From Rhizaria sp. SCN 62-66 (lineage: Eukaryota): a stretch of 43,188 bases of DNA. The DNA lies in the NCBI GenBank assembly GCA_001724265.1, contig MEDY01000336.1, positions 1-43,188 on the forward strand. Reading direction: 5' to 3'. Numbering within the stretch: the stretch's first letter is position 1; each line of letters begins with the position of its first letter. The position numbers and the translations under genes are program-made. Below are positions 33,801 through 43,188 of this stretch, piece by piece. Below the pieces are notes generated by a model that was not told the origin of the DNA, ran no database searches, and worked only from the letters and a program-made list of their open reading frames with translations.

Positions 33801-36800
33801 CCTCCGCGTCCGCTTTTGCACGCGATGCTTTAAGCGGCAGCAGCAGTGCTGACTCCTGCGTGTCAGTCGCGGGACGCGTGTTGAACGCTGCTGAGACGGC
33901 GTTGGTGCTGCCTGCGTTGATTCCTCTGCTCGCGAGCCTCTACTCGCGCCGCCTCGCGGCCGCGGGACTCACCACAGCGCTGCAGGCGCCCGCGGCCGTG
34001 CGCGCACACGAAGAGGCGGAGCGCGATGCCGCGGCCGCAGGCTTACTTGTCACAGCAACGCCTCGCAACGCCATTGTGTGTGTCGCGCCGGTGATGCTCT
34101 CTGCTAATGCCACCAGCGGAGCCCATGACAATTCTCACCGCCATGGTTACGGCCATAGCTACGGCAACTCGCGTGGCAATGGCAGTGGCAGCAACAGCGG
34201 CAGGTCGCTGTCCGCCGCTGGCGCGGCTTCAGGCGCTTCCGCTGTGTCGAGCAGCGCCGGCGCTAGCCCCGCCTCGAGCCGACCCACCAGCAGGCTGAGT
34301 CTCGAGGCGCCCCCGCGTGCGGGCCGATTGTCCCCGACAGGCGGTTACAGCAGTGGCAGCGACGACGACGATCATGACGGTGCCAGTACGCATGATAATG
34401 AGCACGACCTTGACTGCCCCGCGTTCTACGCAGGCAGTACAGACGCAGATTACTTCGCCAACGCTGCAGTCAATGCCCAGTGCGTCTGCGGCGGCGGTGC
34501 GCGCGGCCGCGGCGGTGCCCGTGGCAGCGCCGTCGTCGACGCTGCCGACGACCCCGACGCTCTTGTCCTGCGCTACCGCGCCGCCGCTGCAGCCGGCGCA
34601 CGCCGCCACGCGCTGCGCGTTGGCCGCGCCCGTGCGCATACCGTGCTGCTGGCCACGGCTGCGGAGCTCGGTGGTGGCGCGGCCACGCAGGCGGCAATTT
34701 GTTCAGGCGCCGCGGCGGCGCGAGACGCGCTCGGCGCCATCGGGATTCACGCTGCTCGCACCGCGAGTGCGCGCGCGCGTGCGGCCGAGCTGAGCGCGCT
34801 GATGAACGCTGTCGACGAGACAGGTAGTCTTGTCAAGCTTGCCGGCACTGCGGCCGCGCTTCCGATTGCGCGCTGGATCGCGTCAGTTGCAAGCGCAGTT
34901 GTGGCAGCCGCTGGTAGCGATCCTATGCTGATCACTGTTGCAGCACAAACTGAGGTACGCAAGCACGTATACGACTTCTACTTTCTTTTAATATTAAATC
35001 TTACATTGACTTTGTTTTTAGATGACTTGTGTCTAATCTCACCCTGCCTCTTTGTTGTGATTTTTCTCCACTTATAGCAATTGGCCGTGTCTGGCGCTCT
35101 CGGCGAGACGGCTGCATCTCTGCTGCTCTGGCGTCACCGCTACCGTCTGCTCATTCCCGCGCCCCGCGCCTCTGACTCTTCGTCCGCGGCGAATAACGTC
35201 GGTCCGGGCTTGGGCCCCAACGCCACGGCCGGCGTCGCTGCGACCGCTGCTGCATCGCAGACGCACTACTTGCCGTCACTCGCACTGGGCGGACTTGCGC
35301 GCGCTCTGTCCGCCGCCGCGGCCGCTGCGCCCACGCCCGCACCCGGCTGCGCGTGGCTCCTCTCCAACGCGCTTGGGACAGACGCAGAGAGCAACAACAG
35401 CGTTGCGAGTGCGCGGAGCAAGCCCCGTGCCGTGCTGTACATCTCTGCGGCAGCCGCGCTGCTGCCTCATCTCTCTGCGGTGGCCGCCGTCGTCGCCGCG
35501 TTTGAGGCGCACGTGGCGACGCTGCCGCACGATGTGTTGGCGCAGCTTGGCTGGGACGTGTTCTTGCCCACCGCCGCTGCTGTCACAGGCCCAAATGGCA
35601 CCAACAGTGCAAACGCGCCCGTGATGGCGATGGGCGGCGCAAGCGACGTTGCGGCGACCGTAGCTGGGACTGCAGCCACGCCGTGGCACGAGCGCCTGTT
35701 GGCCGCGCTCGCCGCCCCTGCGCCGGCCGACGTCGCCGCCGCCACGGCGGCTTCCGTGGCTGCAACGCCCGCCGCTGCGGCAAACGCGGCCGCTGCCGCA
35801 GCCGCCACTGCAGCCGCCGCGGCTGCAGCGAGCGCGACGAGTCCCGTGCTGCTGTGTCTGGCAGAGGCGCGCGTAGCACTCGGCTGGGCGCTGCACCGCA
35901 CCGTCGGCTCCACCGTGGCCGCCGCGGACGCCGCCGCCGCGCGCGGGGCCGTTGCCGCAGCAGATGCCGCCGAGTCCGCTGCGCGCCAGCCGCGGCTCCT
36001 GGGCGCGCGCGCGCAGACGCCCGTCGCCTCGGCGCGCGCCCGCAGGCGTGGCGCCATCGCGTTGCGCTTTACTGCCGCAATGACTACCGCGCTCAGCAGT
36101 ACCGCGACCCGTGGCGCCGGAACAAGCAACGTTTCCGGTCCTGCTATGGCGGCGGCGTTGCTGCGGGCCGCGTATGTCGCTGCGCGCGCGGTGCCGTCGC
36201 TCACGCCGCGGTGGTTCCAGGCGCCCGCAGCCTTCCTCGTCGCCGCCGCCACTGCGGCCGGCCATGGCAGGGGCGCGGACAAGGACAGAAGCAGGGCTGG
36301 CCGTGGCCGCAGAGGCGCGCCCACACTGGCGGCGGCTGCGGGCACGCACGCGCAGCAGCGGCACTGGGGCCCTGCGCCTGCAGCGACCGCGGGCACGAGC
36401 GCGAGCGCGAACGCCACCGCTGCTGCCTCCGCGGCGGCAGCGGCCAAGGGAGAGGCTCGGTGGACCGCGGAGGCCGCGCTTGTCAAGGCGATGAGCGCGA
36501 CTCTCGGCACGGACAACAACGCGCACAGCGCGACTAATCCCGGTGCGCGCGATGTCGGCGCCGGTCGCGCGTCGCAGCGGCTGGCGCACGTCGTGATCGG
36601 CATGCACACGCGTAACTTCCCGGCCTTCGTGGCGCACGCGCTTTCGACCGCAGCTGCGTCCGTTAACGCAAATATTGCGATCAATCGCAGCAACAGCGAC
36701 GGTAACGGTAACAGCCATGAGAAGCCTAACAGTGTCGTTACTAGATCAAAGGCAAATGCCAGTGCGCGTGCGCAGATGTGGGGCGGTGTGGTGCCGGTGC

Positions 36801-39175
36801 TGCTCGCGCGCGCGCTGGCGGCCGAGCGCGCGGCCGTGTCCGCCGCAGTACAGCGCGGCTGGGTGCGCGCGCTCGTTGCGGTCAACGCACTGCCTGCGTC
36901 TGCCTTGACAGACTCTGTCTTTGCGAACAGCAACGCTAACAGCGGCCTAGAGGCCGGGCACTATGGCGAGGCAGATAGTGCCTTTAGTGGCTCTGTTGCG
37001 CCCACAGCCACTAGCACGACTACCGCAGCGCCGAACTCGGGCACCGGCGCTTCTGCGACTGCTGGTGGCAGTGCTGCCAGTGCCAAGAAGCCTGCTCGCC
37101 ACGCCACAGCTAAGCTGGCCAACGCAACCTCAACCGCGGGCCTGCCTGTGGCTGCTGCTCCGATTGCAGAGCTCAGTCTCGCCGGCTCCGCGCCGGTCCC
37201 ATCGTCCGCGGCGACCGCGGCCGAGGTCGGCGCGCTGTCTGCGCTTGCGGAGGCGTGGATCGGCGAAGTCGACACCGAGCTGCTCGCCGCGGCGCGCCTG
37301 TCCGCGCCCACGGGTGGCACTGAGGACGCCGCCGCGGGACAGCAGCGCGCGCTCGCCACGCGCAGGCACGCACAGCTGCACGCAGCGCGCCTCGCCCTGC
37401 AGCGCGCGGCCGCCGCGGTGCGCACGCTCCAGGGCATAACGCCGTCCGACTGCGGCGCTCTGGGCGCCACCGACAACGCGCTCGTGGCCGTTCCCAGCAA
37501 GGGCGGCGCGCTATCGCTGCGCGCGCTGTCCGAGGCTGAGGGCCGCATGCTCGCTGCGGGCGTCAACACGCTCGCCATGGCGCCCGGCGCGCGCGCAGAC
37601 GCTGCGGCCGCCCCGCGCCCGCCGCGCCAGGGCGTCGCGCTGGCGGCCGCGACGGGCGCCGCGGGATCCGGCACGGCGCCCGTGGCCGCCGTGGAGCCCC
37701 GCATGTTGCTGCTCGACGGCTCCGCGGTGCCCGCGCCCGTCTCGGCGCGCGACGCCGCGGCGCGCATGGCGCGGTCTGCGGCCTTCGGACTGCCCGTGCG
37801 CCCACTGCCTTCTGCAACGGCGGCCGCGGCGGCCGCGGAGTCGGCTGCCGCGGCGCGCAGCGCGGCTGCTGCGGCGGCCGCGGCTGCGACGACTGGCAAT
37901 GACGGCGCGACCGCGGTCGGCGTGGCTGGGGCCGACCTCGCTGTGCTGGCGCACACTGCATCGCGCGGCTTTAATGTCTTCGGCAACAGCAGTAGCACGG
38001 GCTCTCTTGTTCACGTGACTGCTGTGAGTGCTGGCGTTGCAAACAACAACAATAGCGGGGACAGCACGATGCTGGTTCAGTCAGGCACGCGTGCGGGTTG
38101 GCTGTCGTTTAACGAAGGAGCCAACAAGCGTCCTCTCATTGCAAACAACGCCAACACTAGCGCAGGCTCCCACACCGCAAGTCCGAGTGCGCAGGGCAAC
38201 GAAGATGCTCTTATGTTGCTTGCATCCGCCTTTCCATCACTCGCGCTTACCGCAGGCGCGCCCCCCGCGGCCGCGCGCGCGCTGGCCGCCGCCGGCCTCT
38301 CGCTTCGCCCCTACGCGGCTCCTGCACTGGGGCCCGCGCGCCCCTTTGCGCCCGCCCGCTCGGGCCTCGGCGGTGGCGCGGCCGCCGCGCCGGGAGCACA
38401 CGGAGCGGCGCACGGCACGGGCCCCGGCGTCGGCGTAGTGGCGCGCACGTGGGAGCGCGACGACGCGCGCGACTGGGAAACGGGCGCGCTGCTCTCGCTC
38501 GTCGCGCTGGGCACCTCGGCCGCCGCGCCGCTCGCCGGGCTCTGGCACGGGCTTGCGGGCGCTGCTGACGACGGCGCGGCCGAGGGCGGCGCGATCGAGT
38601 CGCCCCGTTGGCCGCCGACGGCCGCCGCGTCTACCGGTGAACAGCATCACAGTCCGCACCTGTCCTCGGCGCCGGCACACGTGCCCGTGAGTGCGTATCT
38701 GCCGAGTTCGCGCCAAGACCGCGTAGTGAGCGTGGCCGTGCCGCCGCCGCTGCCGCCCGCGCTTGCGGGTACGGGGCCGCTGTCGCGCCCGGGCGCTACG
38801 TCCACCGCCGCGGTGGCGGGGGCGAGGCTGCCGCGCGCGCTCAGGCGGGCGCTCGCGCCGACACTGGTGCGCTCCGCGGTGCTCCCGATCGCCGGTTCTG
38901 GCCACCACGGCAGCCACGGCATGAGCACTGCAGCCGAGAGTACCGACGCTGCGAGTGCAAGTGCGACCGGGGACAGGCTCACGCTGCCCTCGATCTTCCA
39001 GCCGTCCGGCAACGCTGCCAACGCCCCGCTACCGCTGACGCGCGGTGCAGAGGCGAGCGAGCGGCTGCGGCCCTTCACGCGGTACTACATGGACCCCGCG
39101 GCGGTGAGCACCGTTACGGCGCAGCTCGTGGCCGCAGCGAAGGCCGCCAAGGATGCGGGCAAGCACGTGGAATGA
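18809..39175 (+). CDS. Giant TPR-containing, Ala-rich low-complexity protein; exons 18809-34954 and 35078-39175; about 6747 codons including two in-frame TAG (20972-20974, 22418-22420)
   Basis: ORFs 18809-20974, 21038-22420, 22427-35077 and 35081-39175 are all in one frame with continuous coding-like composition. About three TPRs at roughly 19630-19975 (ALELSPGDDFALVTRAYALAQQGRYDEA..RNPRNDAAWGTRA..GDYEQAISDARRSLRLNP). One AT-rich intron. Ends TGA. The single-gene model requires TAG to be decoded. Confidence 0.65.
34955..35077 (+). other. Spliceosomal intron (123 nt, 3n)
   Basis: GAG|GTACGC...CTAAT...CTTATAG|CAA; T-rich block. Confidence 0.85.
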
Positions 39176-39944
39176 ATGGTTCCGCGTGTTAGTCGACATC
39201 GTGATAACAGTCGAAAGCAAAACTAAGCATTGTGAAGTCCGAGACAATGCTCAAAATCAATAACTCACATTTTTATGTTTCTATAGCTTGATATCCAGAA
39301 TATACCACTCTTAATAATAATACACATAACTTTCTTCATTCTCTGTGATCGCAAACATCATTGCAGCAACCGACACGACGAACCGTGTGGACTAAGTCAA
39401 GTTAATAGTGTGAGGACTCACACAGTGTTCTAAATATAGATCGGGTTGTATTTGACCACAATTGAGTGAGAACCAGAGTTGAAGTTGTTAAAAGTGAGAG
39501 GATGTTGATGTGACCGTATAATTTAAGTAACGATTGTTCGTAAAACGTAACAAGTTGCACAGGAACTCTGAATTGGTGTAAGTAGGTAAATTCAGTAGCA
39601 AAAAGCAGTCTGAGACACTAACTAAGACTGTGACTTTAAAATTGTGATTATGATGAGGGTATGGAGGTAAATATATGAAAATTAAGAACATTAGACTCAA
39701 AACAGACCAAGAAAGTGAAACAAGAACAAATACATATCCAAGAGCAAGTGCTATAACAAAGACCAAGAAAAATTTGGAGTAATAGCACTAAGCGGCGCAG
39801 ACAGGCCGAATAGAAAGGTGCACTGGGTAACTCGTGTGACTTTCCTTGTTGCCTTTTACTGCGTCATAAGTGCAAACCATGTCAACTTGGGCTCACTCGC
39901 TTACACATCAGTGTGCGCTGCTGTCACATGTTGCCGCTGTCGCT

Positions 39945-40854
39945 TCAGTTCTTCTGCAGCGCGGCGCGCGCGTACTCGGCGAAGGGTCCCTTGCCGCTGG
40001 CGGGGAGCACGGGCGGCGGAGGGTGCGGGTGCTTCTTGACCCTGTTCTCGACGCCGCGCGCGACAGTCTCGGCGTCGACCGTCTCCGCGGGCGCGAGCGA
40101 GTAGTGCGTCAGCCACTGCAGCAGCACGTCGATGCCAGCGCCCGTCTTGGCCGTCGTCGGGATCACCGCGTACAGACGCTCGAAGCGCTCGAAGCCGAGG
40201 CCTGTGCCAAAGTAGTGTGCGTGAGAGGCGCGTGAGGGCGGTGAGACAGAACAGCAAAACAAAATATAGTGAAGCAAAATAGAGGAGGGTGGGAGTATAA
40301 AACGTGAGTTATATGCAAGGTGTCTAAGGTTGATGATAAAACAAAAGCGTCAATGGAGATATCCATTGGAAATTGTAAAAGTGACGTGGCAAGTCGCTCC
40401 GTAACGACACATGAAGCAATGAGAATGTATCGAGTCCGTGAGACGTACGTTGAGCAAGGACTTGCGGCGACACCGCGTACTCTGAATCCTGCTTGTTTGC
40501 GAGCACGATGACGGGGACCCCAGCGAGGGCCTCTTCGTGGAGCACCTTAGCGAGCTCTTCCTTGGCGCTGTCAATGCGCTCCGTGTCGCTCGAGTCGACG
40601 ACGTAGATGATGGCGCCCGTGCCTGTGCCAAAGTAGTTGCGCCAGAAGGGCCGCAGAGTGTCCTGCCCGCCCACGTCCCAAAAGGAGAACTTCAACGAGG
40701 CGTGCTTGAGTGTGGCGACGTTATACGTCAGCGTTGGCCCTTGCTCCACGGATAGACGGCCCAGCTTCTGCAGGACGGTGGTTTTTCCCGCGGCATCAAT
40801 GCCCAGGATAACCACGCGGCGGGAACTCTGATCTACGGAGCTTGACCCACCCAT
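39945..40854 (-). CDS. ARF/ARL-family small GTPase; exons 40854-40449 and 40201-39945; about 220 aa
   Basis: MG N-terminus, GIDAAGKTT, WDVGGQ, WRNYF, IYVVDSSD and LANKQD. Spliced C-terminus RLG..PTTAKTGAGIDVLLQWL supplies G5 and the final helix. Ends TGA. Confidence 0.92.
40202..40448 (-). other. Spliceosomal intron (247 nt)
   Basis: GTACGT...TTTGGCACAG, phase 1. Confidence 0.85.
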
Positions 40855-42336
40855 GATGGGGTGAAAGATGAACGAAAGACGCGAAAAAGGGGGCGCGAGT
40901 GCCTGAAACGGGGCAACTGGAGGAACTTCAGAAAGCTGTTCGAAGCCGCGGGGGGAGAATGCGCGATGTGAGGCAGAACCGTGAACTCAAGCAATTTAAT
41001 TAGAATATTTTGATTGTGAGATTTATTTTAAACCAGAAATTCTGCTACATTCAACATTGGCGCTGCAAATAGTGCACTTTGGTCTAACGAAAATCATCGA
41101 CACTTGCTAGTAGTGATCGGTCAACGCTGGAAGGGCTGGACTGGGACGGCTAATGCGCGATGGTCAATGCGTGTGTGAGAGATGTAGAAGAGCTGGCCAA
41201 GGATGCGTGTAATTGCTCCGTTATTATTGAGCGCCGTTTGCTCCTATTCCATGATTATTTTACCTCTTCTGACTGACTGTGCTGGGTCCACCGGGGAATG
41301 GTGAACAGGTACTCCACAAAACGCACTCGTGACTTGTCACTCCAAGTTATCATGACATTAGAAAGCCTTCAACGATAAATAAGCTCTGAATTATGCTTTG
41401 TGTAGCACAACGTACACCCGATCATTGGCGGGCGTACATCGGGACATCGACAACATTAATACACGCTCCTGCAGTTACCGTGTTGGACCAACATTGGCAC
41501 CACTCTGTTACACGTAGATCTACGTGTGTGGAAATCAGAAACTTTGTTGCAATGCTCTGCGCTGCCGTCTGTCAGCGTTCAGCCTCCACTGAAGCAACTG
41601 ACTCTGATGCAAATTCTCAACGAAGAAGATCGCGGAGACAAATTTGGTAACGTTGCGTAACTAACCCCTGATGACGACGCCACTACCGTATCCACTGTTG
41701 CATCGGCTGATGCACGTGTTTCCTTGTCAATTGGCACTCTTGTAACCTCTGTGAATACGGCCTCTCGAACAGCTGCGTCCTCCGACGCTACGTCTGAGCC
41801 CGACTGTTCGTCTGTGGCAAGCTGCGCTTCGCGCCGTCGCGTAGACTGAGCGCGCGCTTATCTTTTGCAAGTCGAAGCCTCACACAACGTTGCCTCAAAG
41901 TTAGAGATGTATGCCATATGTGTTATTCAGGTTGAGTATGTTATGCTGAGTCTCTTATACTCATCTCGTTTCCATTTGCCCCTGGAAACGACCTGCATCG
42001 TCAGTATTTTAGCAGTTATATGACTCAAATTGGAAGTCTTTAAGTTCAAATAATCATTTTATCAATTTAAAGTGGCCTTGAATGAAGTAGAAATAAATAA
42101 TTTTAACGAACAATCACGCTTAGCATGAAATATGAATCAAGATCTGAAATCATTTTTTTTTGTGGTGGACCGATGACTGTGAGCCGGCTGAAGCTGACAG
42201 ATCGCTCACGGTCAGGCGGCTAAAGTTCAAAGCAGTGGTTGAGGAGTCGAGAGGGACCGAACGGACGACAAAAAGTGTCTTTGTTACCGAATCAAAACGA
42301 TTTCTCCGCTCTCATGCCTAAAATAAGATAAAATAC

Positions 42337-42467
42337 GTATGGGCTGACTTTGTTTTTTGGCGTCATGCGTCCTGTGGCCTCTCTTTCTCTCGATTTATGC
42401 CCTACTTCATGGCTCGTCTCTCACCCCCCTTTGGCTCCTCGTCTGCTTCCTTGTCCCCCTTGTACAG
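42337..42467 (+). other. Probable 5'-UTR intron (131 nt) ending immediately before the ATG
   Basis: GTATGG donor, pyrimidine-rich body, TGTACAG|ATG. Confidence 0.55.
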
Positions 42468-43188
42468 ATGAGTGGCAAAGTCCTTTTGACGCTTATCTCT
42501 GTGATGGCAGTCGCCTACGGCGCCACTGTCGAAATGGTACGTCTTGCACTCTCTTGTCGCGGCACCATTGCCTCTGTTTTCCCTCTCTTTTGAGCTCGAC
42601 TGACCTCCTTGTCCTCATGCCCCCACTTGCACATGCCCTTTCTTTCGTGCCCCGTAGGAGTCCTCGCTGGACCTCCAGGCTGCTGCGGAGCTTGCCATGC
42701 TCTCTGCTGCGGACCCCGTCACCGCCGCCACGGCCACTAACAACAGTGCGTGGTTCATCCGTGCGTTCGACGGCGCTGCGCTCGCGAACGCGGTCAACCC
42801 CGATCCCGTGGGCCCCTTCTCCCACCTCGGCCTCAACCCTGTGACGGAGAACGGCAAGCCCATCCCGGCGACCGCGGGCAAGCCCACCGCGGCGGAGATC
42901 ATCAACTCGATCATCAAGACCGGCAACCCGAACCCCGCCCCGAAGGCTGTGGGTGCGCTTGTCAAGGCCAAGATCCTCGAGGAGGACCCCGTCAACCCGC
43001 TGCTGCCGTATAACTACTCGGCGCCCATCAAGACCATCGACGCTGCCACGCTCAAGACGCTGCAGCCCGCCACCGTTCTTGGTGTCCCGGACCGCTTCCT
43101 GAACCGTGAGGCGTACCAGGCGTACAAGGAGTCGCAGCAGGCCTTCGGCTACCTCGGCATGCAGCCCATCAACACGACCAAGAACATC
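42468..43188 (+). CDS. Uncharacterised secreted protein, 3' end beyond the window; exons 42468-42536 and 42658-43188
   Basis: Signal peptide MSGKVLLTLISVMAVAYGA. Phase-0 intron. Exon 2 is open to the window end (ESSLDLQAAAELAML..SAWFIRAFDG..YLGMQPINTTKNI) with strong C/G third-position bias. Absent from the ORF track because there is no stop. Confidence 0.75.
42537..42657 (+). other. Spliceosomal intron (121 nt)
   Basis: ATG|GTACGT...CCCCGTAG|GAG. Confidence 0.8.

Noticed and set aside
18781-39247. Many long antisense and alternative-frame ORFs over the giant gene and other genes
   Set aside because: Expected shadows of GC-rich, GCN-dominated coding sequence; no recognisable domains.
10604-40854. 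RhoGAP, G-beta and ARF as a functional signalling cluster
   Set aside because: These are common eukaryotic gene classes interspersed with unrelated genes; no evidence of co-regulation.
41393-41848. Short Ser/Thr/Ala-rich open frames and a TGATGA...CTGA pattern (decayed gene or C/D snoRNA?)
   Set aside because: No homology recognised, frames are broken by TAA, and no terminal stem or rRNA guide could be identified.
1-43188. tRNA (including a CUA suppressor), rRNA, CRISPR array or transposon
   Set aside because: No cloverleaf, repeat-spacer array, terminal inverted repeats or transposase/RT motifs seen by eye.

Overview
Gene-dense eukaryotic (protist-like) nuclear DNA with very GC-rich, Ala-rich exons and AT-richer intergenic DNA and introns (121-248 nt, all with GTAYG donors). 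Ten protein genes can be supported: an SFM1-like SPOUT methyltransferase; a spliced fusion of a sterol desaturase/fatty-acid-hydroxylase with a degenerate 3-beta-HSD/NSDHL-like domain; a single-pass membrane protein; PXMP4; an EVH1-CRIB-RhoGAP; a type I membrane protein; a G-protein beta subunit; a giant TPR/poly-Ala gene; an ARF-like GTPase; and a truncated secreted protein. The strongest unusual signal is in the giant gene, which stays in one frame for about 20 kb across two isolated in-frame TAG codons. None of the nine complete genes ends in TAG, which suggests UAG is read as sense (reassignment or readthrough). Acceptor-like YAG sites just upstream of most start codons, usually with no nearby donor, hint at spliced-leader trans-splicing. 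All domain calls are by-eye motif recognition, not database searches.
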